Source: Dudresnaya verticillata (taxonomy: Eukaryota). From it: a DNA stretch of 64,000 nt. The notes under the pieces were generated by a model that did no database searches, was not told the DNA's origin, and worked only from the letters and a program-made list of their open reading frames with translations. The DNA is taken from NCBI GenBank assembly GCA_977862235.1, contig OZ374563.1, forward strand, positions 434,001 to 498,000, given 5' to 3'. Each line of letters opens with the position of its first letter. Positions within the stretch are counted from its first letter, which is position 1. A program made the translations under genes and the position numbers. Of the stretch, positions 1 to 11,038 are shown one piece after another.

Positions 1-1
1 C

Positions 2-934
2 CAGATCGCGTCTTTGGCAGTGAAGTCTGCAAACGCTGTTATTCTAAAGGGTGGACGTGAAGCCGAGAAGTCAAATGCCGCGCTCGTTGATTGCATCCGG
101 GCTGCTTTGCACTCCGCTTCTTTTCCAGTTGATGTAGTGCAACTCGTTTCAACACGGGAGGAAGTCCGTGAACTACTCGACCAGAGTAAGTACATTGACC
201 TCATCATTCCTCGAGGCTCGAATGACCTCGTGAAGTACATTTCGAACAACACTCGTATACCGGTGATGGGTCACGCAGACGGGATATGCTCTGTATACGT
301 TGATGCATCTGCTGACGCGGAGAAGGCACGGGACATCGTCGTCGATGCAAAGGCGCAGTACCCTGCAGTCTGCAATGCCGCAGAAACGATGTTGATTCAT
401 CAGAGCGCCTTAGAGACGGTGCTTCCGACGATTGGAGCCGGGCTGGCGGCTGCAAATGTTGAAGTCCGCGCTGATCCTCCTTCGAAGGCTGTATTGGAGA
501 AGGTGGAACAGCTCAAGGTCGTCGACTCTAAACCAAAAGACTATGATACAGAGTTCTTGGAACTGACCATTGCCGTCAAAGTCGTAGATTCCATCGACAA
601 AGCGATCCTACACATTAATGAGCACGGGAGCGGGCACACTGACTGCATCGTAACAGAAAGTGAAGAGGACGCGAAACGTTTTCTGGCAATGGTTGACTCC
701 GCAGGAGTGTATCACAACGCTTCCACAAGGTTTGCAGACGGTTTCAGATATGGATTTGGAGCTGAGGTCGGGGTGAGCACGCACCGAACGCATGCTCGTG
801 GACCTGTTGGTCTGGAAGGGTTGATGATCTACAAGTATAAACTGCTTGGACAAGGGCATACCGTCAAGCCATATGCTGACGGAGAAAAGACCTTGAAGCA
901 TAGAGATACCCCATCAAATCTCCCAACGGTGTGA
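2..934 (+). CDS. proA: Gamma-glutamyl phosphate reductase (glutamate-5-semialdehyde dehydrogenase), 5'-truncated by window edge
   Basis: Motifs LKGGREA, DLIIPRGS, GHADGIC, YPAVCNAAET (catalytic Cys), NASTRFADGFRYGFGAEVG and HARGPVGLEGL. The frame is open from position 2. Confidence 0.95.
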   Translation, partial: QIASLAVKSANAVILKGGREAEKSNAALVDCIRAALHSASFPVDVVQLVSTREEVRELLDQSKYIDLIIPRGSNDLVKYISNNTRIPVMGHADGICSVYVDASADAEKARDIVVDAKAQYPAVCNAAETMLIHQSALETVLPTIGAGLAAANVEVRADPPSKAVLEKVEQLKVVDSKPKDYDTEFLELTIAVKVVDSIDKAILHINEHGSGHTDCIVTESEEDAKRFLAMVDSAGVYHNASTRFADGFRYGFGAEVGVSTHRTHARGPVGLEGLMIYKYKLLGQGHTVKPYADGEKTLKHRDTPSNLPTV

Positions 935-1459
935 GCAGGCCTGGCTTGAATTGCAAAGAAAACTCTCTCTCTCACTCCCTCTCCTGGACCTGTGAACAAT
1001 GCTCTGCGACCAGCTCGAGGCGTGGTAACACCGAGAAACTCAGATCTATCGCGGTACATCTAGGTTTCTAGAAATCCAGCAGTTGACAGTGATAAACTCA
1101 TAGCCCCAGGCTCAACTTTGCCAGTTGCACCAAGTTAGGCGCTTCGCCCGCAGATGAAAGGAGCCGGACGAAGCAAAGCACTTAAAAACAAGCACACATA
1201 TTCGCAAGTGCGGTTGTATCTAAACAGTTACCAAAAGGTGAGGAAAAAACTCTTTTAGGCGGAACACTGCCGTGGATGCGTTGTCGCTGCTCATCCGTAA
1301 ATAAACTAGGACAGATGCTCGCAGTGTTATGGACGAGCAGGACGGGAGGCGGATTCGAGGTGGCACAGCAAGCGACGGCGCCTATTATGATGGCAGATGC
1401 AAAAGGTCAAAAAGCGGGAAGCCCACAAGAAAAAGAAATGCCCAAAAGCGCTGTCGAGA

Positions 1460-2527
1460 CTACACCATACCCATGGTACCGCCGACAATTTCGGAAATCT
1501 CTTGAGTGATAGCGGCCTGCCTTCCTCTATTGTAAGTAAGACTGAGATCCTTGCTAAGCTCTTTTGCGTTGTCCGAAGCGTTGGACATGGCGGACATACG
1601 GGCGGCTAGCTCTGAAGCTACCGACTCCTGCAAAGTACGGAGAATCTGTCCGTTCAAGTAAAGTGGGAGAATTGCGTTAAGGATCTGCAAGGGGTCCTGC
1701 TCGAAGATCATGTCCTTCGGGAAGGTCTCGGCCTCAGCAGCCTCGACCTGCTCGACCTTGACACCAAGCTTGCCATCCGCAGTGGTGAGCTGGAAGATTT
1801 CGTCCTCCGGAGCCTCCAGACCTTGCGGGGAGAGCGGGAGAATGGTGCGGACAGAGGCCTCAGACGCGATGAGCGACACAAACTGGGTGTAGATCAGTTC
1901 GATGCGATCGACATCGCCAGAGAGGTACTCGGCAAGAAGCTCCTCAGAAATGCTAGTGGCCTGCCCGGCGGTCGGAGCCTGGGTGCATTGGAAGTGGCGG
2001 CGAATCGGGGTCTCCCTCGACTTGAAGTAGCGCTGGCCCTTGTCACCGACGGTAACAAGTTCGACAGAAATGCCCGCCTTTTTCAGCTCGCGGATCCTGC
2101 TCTCAGCCTTCTTGATAGCATAGGTGTTGTATCCACCGCACAGGCCACGATCACCACAGATGAGCAGGACGACGACCTTCTTCGCTTCGCGCACAGCCAG
2201 CAGGGGGAGGTCTGTGTAATCGCCCTGGAGACGTTTGATGAGGCCACCTAGGACCTTCTGGAGAGTCTCTGAGAACGGGCGAGTGCGCAGAACGGCGTCC
2301 TGAGCGCGGCGGACCTTTGCGGCGGCGACAAGACGCATGGCATCGGTGATCTTCTGGGTGTTCTTGACGGTGGAGATGCGGTCGCGGATCTCGCGCAGCT
2401 GGCCGGCGCCCATGCGCGGCGCGACGCGGCGCGCGGGCAAAGCGGGGCACACCGAGGTGGAGACGGCGGCCGTGGCGGGCAGGACGGCGGCGCCCGTGAA
2501 CGAGGAGACGAAGCCGGTGGCGGGCAT
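1460..2527 (-). CDS. atpC: Chloroplast ATP synthase CF1 gamma subunit, nuclear-encoded with transit peptide
   Basis: IRDRISTVKNTQKITDAMRLVAAAK, GDRGLCGGYN, ASELAARMSAMSNASDNA, RQAAITQEISEIVGG. N-terminal Ser/Thr/Ala-rich peptide MPATGFVSSF. The insert LSPQGLEAPEDEIF lacks the redox Cys pair. Confidence 0.97.
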   Translation of the reverse strand: MPATGFVSSFTGAAVLPATAAVSTSVCPALPARRVAPRMGAGQLREIRDRISTVKNTQKITDAMRLVAAAKVRRAQDAVLRTRPFSETLQKVLGGLIKRLQGDYTDLPLLAVREAKKVVVLLICGDRGLCGGYNTYAIKKAESRIRELKKAGISVELVTVGDKGQRYFKSRETPIRRHFQCTQAPTAGQATSISEELLAEYLSGDVDRIELIYTQFVSLIASEASVRTILPLSPQGLEAPEDEIFQLTTADGKLGVKVEQVEAAEAETFPKDMIFEQDPLQILNAILPLYLNGQILRTLQESVASELAARMSAMSNASDNAKELSKDLSLTYNRGRQAAITQEISEIVGGTMGMV

Positions 2528-2970
2528 GATGGGGAGGAGGGGCGGCGGTCGGGTGCGGCGCGGGGCGAGCGAGCGAACGGGTGCGCGAGCGGGTTGGCGA
2601 GCGGGCAGAAGGGCTCCGGTGAAGGAAGGGCGGGTAGGCTGAGACGGGAGGAGCGAGAGAGGAGGAAGGGGATGCAGCAGCGGAGATCAGGCTGGGGCTG
2701 GTTGGTGGGACGCGCGAAAGCCGCGCGGCTTTTTGCGGCGTTGCTATTCGAGGCCGAAATTGCATGGCGCGATGCGGCTCGCAGTGCGCGTGATGCGGCG
2801 ACAAGTGGCGCCGGAATCCAATCGAGAGGCCCACGCGGCGGCGGATCGGCGCCGAGATCGCTGGAAGAGCGCCGCCGCACTGCAACCGAATCATCTGTGG
2901 CTGTGCTCATGCCGCCTCCTGACGCGTATCTTTTACCCAATGCATTCCGACAAAAACGAAGGCAAGCTGA

Positions 2971-2994
2971 CCCCCCCCCCCCCCCCCCCCCCCC
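2971..2994. repeat. C24 homopolymer (G24 on the IMPase sense strand, 3' UTR)
   Basis: Directly visible run about 26 nt past the IMPase stop. Confidence 0.85.
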
Positions 2995-3019
2995 ACCGCG
3001 TTGCCCGCCGCGCCGTCCG

Positions 3020-3943
3020 TCATCCAGTGAACGCCCGCCCAAGCTCCTCGCGCAGCGTCGGCGTGAACGCCAGCAGGCACCGTCCCGTCAGCTCGAACTC
3101 CGCCTCCGCCGACAGGTGCCCCCCGCATACAACGCCGCCCGCCTGCCGAATCAGCAGCACGCCTGCCGCCATGTCCCATGGGTGCGGTCCGCGCTCGTAG
3201 AGCACGTCAACGCGTCCGCACGCCACCCCCGCCATGTTGAGCGCGCAGCTCCCCATCATCCGCACGCACTGCGCCTGGTTTTGCAGCACCGCCGAGAGCT
3301 GCTCTAGCACCCACCCCACCTTGGCTCCCGACCGGTCCGACCCGCACTCGGTCGCCACGCACGCGGACTGTAGCCGACGCACGTTTGACACCCGGATACC
3401 ATTCCCGTTTAGTTTGGACTGCGTTAGATGCGTCGCTTCGAACAGTTCGTCCAGTAGTGGGTTGTAGATCACACCGATCTTGTAGTCGCGCTGAACCGTC
3501 AGCCCAATGCTTACGGCGCACATCGGGATACGGTGGACAACTGTTCGCGAAGGGGGTTCGCAGGGTCAGACGCTGGTCCTCGCAGCGCAGCGTAGCATGT
3601 CCTATACATCCTATGAGGCACTGGGCAGAGGGGAGCACTTACAATTGGCTGTTCCGTCAATCGGGTCAATGATCCACGTGGGCGCGTCGGTCCACTCAGC
3701 CTCGGATGCCGACTCTTCTCCAATGAACTTGTGATTGGGGAAACGAGCACGGATTGTAGTGAACAGCATCTTCTCCACAGCCCGGTCCGTCTCCGTCACG
3801 GGATCTGTTGCCGACTTCAGGTCGTATTCTTCGCGCGGCTTGTTAAACGCAGTCCGGATCATTTCACCGGCGGCTCGAGCTAGGCCTTTCGTGAAGACCA
3901 GCAGCTCCGCTGTCCCTGTCTCACTCAGGTCTATTGAGTCCAT
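3020..3943 (-). CDS. Inositol monophosphatase (2 exons: 3943-3643, 3540-3020)
   Basis: DPVTETD, FIGEE and [17 protein letters not shown] are joined across a GTAAGT...CAG intron (3642-3541, 102 nt). Also [13 protein letters not shown] and HPWDMAAG. Confidence 0.93.
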
Positions 3944-4730
3944 CTTTCGTGTTACGTCGGACCACTCAGCCCAGAGCGATAGGGGTCCACGGCGAACCTT
4001 GTTATGTTGCTTTCGGGCAAGGCAAAGCGTCTCTCTTCTTGACCAGGGCATCGATAGGTATTTTCCAGGCCTTTGTACTCAGTTCATTATTTATTTTTTC
4101 ATGATAATTCACTCTGTGACAGTCACTGTCATGGTTCTGCTTTTCTAATGTTGACTTCAGCAATGATGACATGTCATGTCAGTTTAAGAGCGAATCTTAT
4201 TAACAACTCCTTGAGGAGGTTCGATAGAAACACAGCTTCCGACTATCGACAGTAGCATCTCTACAAATCAACGCTATACGTTAAATTCAGCACTCTCCTT
4301 GCTTGCTAACACATGAGAGAATATCTTGGAACTGAAGCAATTCTGATTTCGATATTGTCGATAGAATCAGATGGGAACCCTCCAGAGCCATTCTACAGGC
4401 TTGGGAGATAAGCAACTTCAAATAGAGGTAGTGCGACGTGGCACCCTCGTCACATAGTGTGAAACACAGAGAAGATACAGTTAAAGTCTGTTGACACATT
4501 GGACTCCCACAGTCGGAGGATTGTAGTCCTTTATGAGACGGTCTCTTTGAGTTTTCCTTCTGCAGGTAACACGACTCGGTTTTTAGATCATGTTAGTAGC
4601 CGTGCGGACGTAGTCTTTTGGACGATTGTTATTGCTGGTTGGAGGTCCGGCTTTCCTGTACTATCTAATATATCAACATTGCAGAAACGCCCACCCCCGT
4701 CGAATGCAGCTGGTTCCCGCAAAAGGGAGT

Positions 4731-7716
4731 TCAACATTCAGCATCTCTTGAAAGATTGGGTGCCGCCTGAAATTCTCCGAACTCCATGCAGTCGGCCTCC
4801 AACTCACTTTCACTAGTGGTATCGGTAGCTGAACGTAAATCTGGATCTTCTTCTGAAACGTCAGATTTGTCCGTGCTCAACGGCGTCTGCACCATTCCAA
4901 CACTGCTCCTCTGATTCTCCTCCTCCACATTTCCTGTTGCATCCTGTTGTTCAATTTCGCGAGACTGGCCATTTGTTGGCTGGCCATAACCAAGCTCTCC
5001 TTTTGCCGGTTTCGGTGATGGTTCTGAAGCACCTTCGTCAACTGCTACATCGCCCTCACTTATTGTGTTTTCCTCCGCTTCATTTCCAACGCCCTGTGCG
5101 GTGAGGTAGTCTTTGATAAGCGCAACGCACTCCTTTAGACCGTCAGGCATTAGACAGACTATCGACTCTGGTATTTCAGCATCCCCACTAGCTGTCAAAA
5201 TTTCAAACGTAACCACCTCAGGCCGGCTACGTTTGAAGGTAATCCTTGATATATCTTGAAGGTACCGTATAATCTTCACTTCAAGTAGATGGTTTCGATT
5301 GTGGTGAGGACTCAATAGCAGCAAGTAATTTGCTGATACGCCGACATAACGCTTCTTGAACTCATTCGTTCGCGCCCTTAAACCCATACTGCGATCCGAC
5401 CTTGCTTTGCAAGGAAATAAGCGCAAGCCAGCCATAACCCGATCGTCCATAACGTTAACAGTGAATCCTTTTGGCATCGTTGAGAGCGGAAACTTCAATG
5501 TTTCATCACTAAGCCAACCCGGCTTGGCGTCCCGGCCCCAAGGAGACCGCTGTGCCCCGAAAAAGCCGTTGGTACTTCCGCGTCCCTTCTGGCGAATTGG
5601 GCTCTCAGAAGGTGCAAGTTTGGGATCAACTTGAACGCCAGGTTTTGGACTCATTGTGTGGGAAGGCGTTTCTAACAATCGAGGGCTGTTTTCTGCTGTT
5701 GTGGCTCCACCACGCCCGGAAGATACAAAAGAGCCTTCTTTCCACTTGTCTGAAGCATTATTCATGGAAGACAGTGAACGATGTAGCTTTGCATCGCTTT
5801 TCAAGTTCTTCGAGGAGTGGCTTCCTTCCGTTCTCTTGAGGGTTGGGCTCGGTCTTGTCACCATTGCTGGTTCTATTCTTTGATCATCAAATGAGGACGT
5901 TGGCGATTCAGAAGTGTTTGAAGAAAACGGATTCGAAGTTGCGACACCAGCACCAGATATGCCCTGTGGGGACTCGTTCAGCGCATTTTCTTTGTCACCT
6001 GACACACCAGAGCCCAAAGATGACAACGAGTACTTAAAGCCCATGCCATTCAGAGCCTTGTTCAATGCCCGCGATACTTCAGCATCTGTCTTCTCAAGGA
6101 AGGAAGCTATGCCTTGTCCTGTAGGTGTACTTCCAGGTCGTTCAGCTGAGGAAGCCTGGGATGAACCTTCCGCGAGAGAATCTTCTCCCTCTCTTGGTCC
6201 CTTTCGTGTATTCGAGTTGCCCTTCTCAGTCGGTGGCTTTGATCGCACGATTGGGGAATTTCGCCCTGCATCATGACCCCGTTTTGCCTGAGCAGCTAGT
6301 CGTACTCTTCGAGCCCGCTCGTGTTTCCGGCGATCGTAGTCAACCAACTCGACAGGATTCAAAGTGTCCTCTGAATTAGCAGATGCTAACGCCTCTTGAA
6401 AGCCTCCGCGGAGAGTTGATACGTACCGGATACCGATTCTAGTTAGATACAATGCCAACATGTTGATATCCATGTTGTCTTCTTCTCGAATACCAGATCC
6501 AAGAAGACAAATATGGGAAGAATCCTTCAGTGGCTCACAGAGATCGACGGCTGACTGAAGTTCCATTCTCGCTGCTTCGCTTGTTTCGCTCGTGATCTTT
6601 CCATTTGCAGCTCGCAAAGCATCAAGAGGCAAGTAGGCTGCTTGCGCAAGGTGGCCTGCATTGTACTCTGCCTCTGTCCTGCAATCCCATGTGAAATAGT
6701 GCGAATCTCCTGCGACGAGATCGTCGGAAGTGGTTTGCAAACATACAGAGGCTTGCATCGCTCGGGCTGCTGGGAGGGCGACGTTAGTCCGACTGCCGGG
6801 CGTACTCAGCAATCGGTCGGTCATTAGGCGCTGAAAGGATGGCGGGGTATGGGCAACCCTCATAGTGCTTCCGATCTTCCATAATCTGCGAACTTCTTCC
6901 GGAGAGTTGGCTGTGAGGAGCATGAGGGTTTCGGGAATTCTGCTTTCATCAACAGAAAGGAGCTCCTCCCTCTTCGAACACAACAGGGCTATGCCGAAAA
7001 AGACGGTACCAAGCGGATTATCCTCTAGCAAGAGCAGATCCCACAGGGCGAGGACAGACTCGATAGTGAAATTGCGGGCGAACAAAGTAACAAACCAGGA
7101 CGTCGCATAAAGGTCAGGAGTCATAGAATGGCGCTCGAGCAACCAGTAGAGCTCGGGATCGTGGTAAAGCAGGAGTCTGCCGAAATACTTGAACATCCTC
7201 TTCAAGACGTCAAAAACCTTTGTCTCCGAGGTTTCTAGCATCCACGGAGCGAAGCGGGAGACAAACTCCGAAAATAGGGCGTACACAATACGTGGATTGC
7301 CGCCAGTATCCGCAAGGAGGACAAACGGCGCGAGGAGCTCATTAAAGCCCTGGACGTATGCGACGCGTCTGCGAGCACAGAACAAGCTCAGAAGGCGCAG
7401 CAGAGCGCCTCGCACGGCCGGCTGCTTGAACCTGGCCAAGCCGGCGCGGGTCCTCGCGACGTCCTTCTCGATTTGCTCACGCGAGTTGTCATCCGTGACG
7501 GATTCGCGTGCGTTCTTTGCAAAGACGGCGGCGTCCTCGGACAGCAGAGCCTCCGAGCGGAGACGCAGCAGCAGTAACCATACGGCGCCGCGAACCTCGT
7601 GCGGGACGGCACCGCAAAACGGCTCCGCAAGCAGCGCGGTGCGGAGGTTGGCGAGGTCGTGCGTGGAGACGCAGGTCTTGGCCGCGGCGGAGACCTAGGT
7701 GCGGGATAGCGGGGGA

Positions 7717-7749
<33 letters not shown>

Positions 7750-7891
7750 CGCGGTCAGACGGTGGGCGTGCGGAAGCGGGGGGTTTGCGGCATGGCAGCG
7801 TAGGTGATGCGGTGGGGACTTGCGAACGTACCTTGCGCAGCAGGGAGGGGTCCGTGGGCGCGGGCTCCCACTCCTCGTCCTTGAGGTTCAT
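4731..7891 (-). CDS. TBC1D23-like protein: TBC (RabGAP) + rhodanese-like + C-terminal PH-like domain (exons 7891-7832, 7694-4731)
   Basis: VRGAVWLLLL, IEKDVARTR, YVQGFNELLAPF, LLLYHDPEL, YATSWFVTLF. Rhodanese-like WDCRTEAEYNAGHL and VSTLRGGF. C-terminal ISRITFKRSRPEVVTFEI. A phase-0 intron GTACGT...TAG (7831-7695) restores the frame. Confidence 0.85.
7718..7749. repeat. G32 homopolymer (poly-C on the sense strand inside TBC1D23-like intron 1)
   Basis: Directly visible run. Confidence 0.85.
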
Positions 7892-8268
7892 GGCGCCGGC
7901 GGGGCGGGCGGGGGGCGCGGCGGCGCGTTCAGAGCGAGGGGCGCGGCGGCATGACGCGGCGGGAATGCAGGCGGGGTAGGAGCGTTGCGGACCGGGGCGC
8001 GTGCGGGGGGCGGGGTTGCATTTGGGTCTCGGCAATGGCAACGCGGAGGGAGACTGCTCCAGACCAGTGCGCGGGCGCCAGCAGTGTGGCATGGCCAGGC
8101 GATGCTGCCTTGATTCCGTCCAACCGATTTAATAATTCCGCCGATCAAACGGGCTCATCCGCCCTTTTGCGCCCTTTTTCGCCGCTCTCTGCCCCCTTTT
8201 CAGCATCGCCCCCACCCCCCACCCCCTGCCCGCCCATCTCGCAGCCCCGCCCAGGAAAACCCACCACC

Positions 8269-10011
8269 ATGCCGGCCACACCCACAGCGCAGGAGCCCGC
8301 GAAGGCCGCGACCCCGTCTCAGCCGAACAGGCGCCAGCGCCACACGCAAGCATGGCTGGCGAAGCGCCCGAAGCAGAAGCGCACTCGCGTGGCGGAGCAT
8401 GGCAGCTACCAGCACTACTACCACCGCCGCCTGTCCGGGCGCGCCACGGCCTCAGACCCGCGCCTCGAGCACGTGTTGCGCGCAATCTCCCGCATCGATG
8501 TCGAACGCCCGGCCGTGCTTGACATCGGCTGCAACGATGGCGCGTTCACCTCCGCAGTCGCCGCCGCAGTCCCGCTGCACTTCGCCCTCGGCCTAGATAT
8601 TGACCAGGCCCTCGTCAACCAAGCCTGCACGCAGCTTGCGAAGCGCGCTGCCGCGATTCAGGCAGAGGCTGCTCATTCTTCTGGTCGTGGCAAGGTTGCT
8701 GTCGACGTGAACAACCGAAAAGACGGTCCACAGCCTGAACAGGCTGGCGGTAGTGATGCCGTGGAGGAAGCAATGATGGCAACGGAGAAAAATGGCGAAC
8801 AGGGAATCGGGGAGATGGCAGCTGGTAAAGATGCCAATATGAATCAGGCGGCGGGGAAACGTACACCGTCGGGGACGGTTACTGACCCAAGCAAGGTTGG
8901 CACCAAGCGCAAAAGGGATACTCTTGGGAATAGAAGTAATTCGGGCGATGCCCCGGCAGTTGGTAGCAAAGAAACCAAGCCAAACCGTGATTCTGTTGTA
9001 TACAATTCAGTCGCAGCAAGCGGAGGCGCTGCGGACAAGGTTGGGAGTTCTGGGAGCGTTGCAGGAGCAGGAGCAAATCAAAACGGAAGTAAGCGTAGGC
9101 GAACGGAAAGCGATAGCCACAATGGTACTGCTGAGACCAGCGGTGCAACTGGCCCTGAGGACAAGAAAGATGATACCCCGAACATCACCGTCACCGACAA
9201 GACGAAAAGCGTCGCAGACGCCGGTTCCGTAGCTTCCAATGCGGATAAGGGTAAACTCCTGCCCGAAGGCGAAAGTGACCCGTCTATTTCGGAACCAGTC
9301 ACCTCCTCCACGGACTTTACCCCACTGTCATTCCTTGTCGTGCAAGGCACTGCACCGAATCCAACGCAAGACGAGGACGAAGAACTCCTTGGCACGGCTG
9401 TGGGAGGTCTGGATGGTCCACGCGCACGGAAATCTCGGCAATTTCCGTACAACGTCAAGTTTCGCCAAGAGGACTTCGCTGCAGAGGTGGCTGGCAAGAT
9501 TGCACGACAGAAGAATGCAGTGGATGTCGTGCTGTGTCTTAGTGTAACGAAGTGGGTTCATATGTATGGTGGTGACGAGGGCTTGAAACGTCTGTTTAAA
9601 CGGATATATGATATCCTGCGCCCGGGCGGTGTTTTGGTGCTGGAACCGCAACCAGCCAAGAGTTACAAACGTGCTAAAAGAAAGGGACTTCCAGGTATAA
9701 ACCATATCCTGCGTGAGTTGGACCTCAAGCCGCATAAGTTTCGAGACTATCTACTAGGTCCGGATGTAGGGTTTGCTACGGTTGAGGTCTTGCTAGAAGT
9801 TGCCGAACGGAAGACCAAGGCATTTAACAGGCCGATTTTGGCGTTCTACAAGGGGAAGGAGGAAAAGAGCGAGGATAAAAGAAAAGAAGGGGCAGCGGGT
9901 CACAACGAGCAGCAAGCAGACACCGGTACGAAAGCAGGAGAGAGCAAGGGGAAAATGGTGGCGAACGTTTCCTCTACTCTGGAGGATACGGCGAGCCCTA
10001 TACAGTGGTAG
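8269..10011 (+). CDS. Bin3/MePCE-family RNA 5'-phosphate methyltransferase
   Basis: HGSYQHYYHRR, SAM motif I VLDIGCNDG and LGLDID. The Bin3 domain VVLCLSVTKWVHMYGGDEGLKRLFKRIYDILRPGGVLVLEPQP follows a long low-complexity insert. Start inferred at ATG 8269. Confidence 0.92.
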   Translation: MPATPTAQEPAKAATPSQPNRRQRHTQAWLAKRPKQKRTRVAEHGSYQHYYHRRLSGRATASDPRLEHVLRAISRIDVERPAVLDIGCNDGAFTSAVAAAVPLHFALGLDIDQALVNQACTQLAKRAAAIQAEAAHSSGRGKVAVDVNNRKDGPQPEQAGGSDAVEEAMMATEKNGEQGIGEMAAGKDANMNQAAGKRTPSGTVTDPSKVGTKRKRDTLGNRSNSGDAPAVGSKETKPNRDSVVYNSVAASGGAADKVGSSGSVAGAGANQNGSKRRRTESDSHNGTAETSGATGPEDKKDDTPNITVTDKTKSVADAGSVASNADKGKLLPEGESDPSISEPVTSSTDFTPLSFLVVQGTAPNPTQDEDEELLGTAVGGLDGPRARKSRQFPYNVKFRQEDFAAEVAGKIARQKNAVDVVLCLSVTKWVHMYGGDEGLKRLFKRIYDILRPGGVLVLEPQPAKSYKRAKRKGLPGINHILRELDLKPHKFRDYLLGPDVGFATVEVLLEVAERKTKAFNRPILAFYKGKEEKSEDKRKEGAAGHNEQQADTGTKAGESKGKMVANVSSTLEDTASPIQW

Positions 10012-11038
10012 ATTCCGCTCTAGTATGAGATAAATACTGGGAATACCTTGGACCGGTTTTACGCGCTTTAGATGCACAACAAAAATGAGGTATGTGCGAA
10101 GATGGTAGTCTTCCTGGACACCCGTATCACATAACAGATCAATCTAGATACTTTCAACTTCGCCACAGAGATGATCGATCCGTCAGGAATTTCGCTGAAC
10201 GCAAGTGACTGTATTCGGTTCCAGGAATCAGGTATTGGAAGGGATGTGGACGAGCACTTAAAGGAACTGTATTGTTCCAGTCGTGACGAGCAGTCTGCTG
10301 AGCACTGCTCCATGATCCAATGAAAGCGGTTGGGAACGTTGAATCTCGCAACTGATAGTGTACGTCGTCGAGTGCGGGTGCTTTCAGTTCGAGACGGTCT
10401 TCACCTGTGGCGTTCCCATTTGTCAGAGAACGTCGCAGCTGTATCTTGAGCAGTGTTCGCACCAATACCAATGCCACACTCACGTTGCGAAGAAAAGTCG
10501 CGGACAAGGCCGAGACTAGCTATTGCAAAGTCCCTGGACATGAATACAACTTCGGAAAGGCTTCAGAGTAAGCAGCACATATGCTCCCGGTAGCATGCAG
10601 AATGGAAAGTTCGCAAGCTTTGACTCCGCGGATATCGGTGTTTCTACTGTATAAAGCTCAAATGTAAGCGGCGGAAGACGCATGGAAAACCTCTTGCTAC
10701 CGTGTAGAAACGCAATGCTTTGGTATCTCCGCTCCTCTCTGGATGCTGCATCATTCTTACTGTTTCTTTCATTTTGTATGTCTGCTTGCTCCTGCCCCGC
10801 TTCAGGAAGTCAGGTGGTAGTCGTTTTATGCGAAATCGGCGTCCAGTATTGAAAAGTAACCTGTATATGTTCAACCCTGCGTCGCTTGTGGATGCAGGCA
10901 TCACCTCGCGAACATCTTTAAAACATCCATGAAAAGACGACAAATACTAAGATACATGTACAGGTACATGAAGCGTAACTCGGGGCAACAGCGATACCAA
11001 GCTCTGCAAGCGAAGAAAACCGTGATTAAGGTGCAAAA

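Noticed and set aside
2151..3307. Many long overlapping Arg/Pro/Ala-rich ORFs here and near 18.3-19.2, 23.5-25.5, 34-35.5, 51 and 58-59 kb
   Set aside because: Shadow ORFs caused by stop-codon scarcity in very GC-rich DNA; no motifs.
4465..4480. ACAGAGAAGAT matches the U6 snRNA core
   Set aside because: The flanking U6 sequence (TAGCATGGCCCCTG and the internal stem-loop) is absent, so this is a chance 11-mer.
10154..10943. Two short minus-strand ORFs after the sulfotransferase
   Set aside because: No recognisable domain or convincing splice link; I cannot support a gene or pseudogene call.
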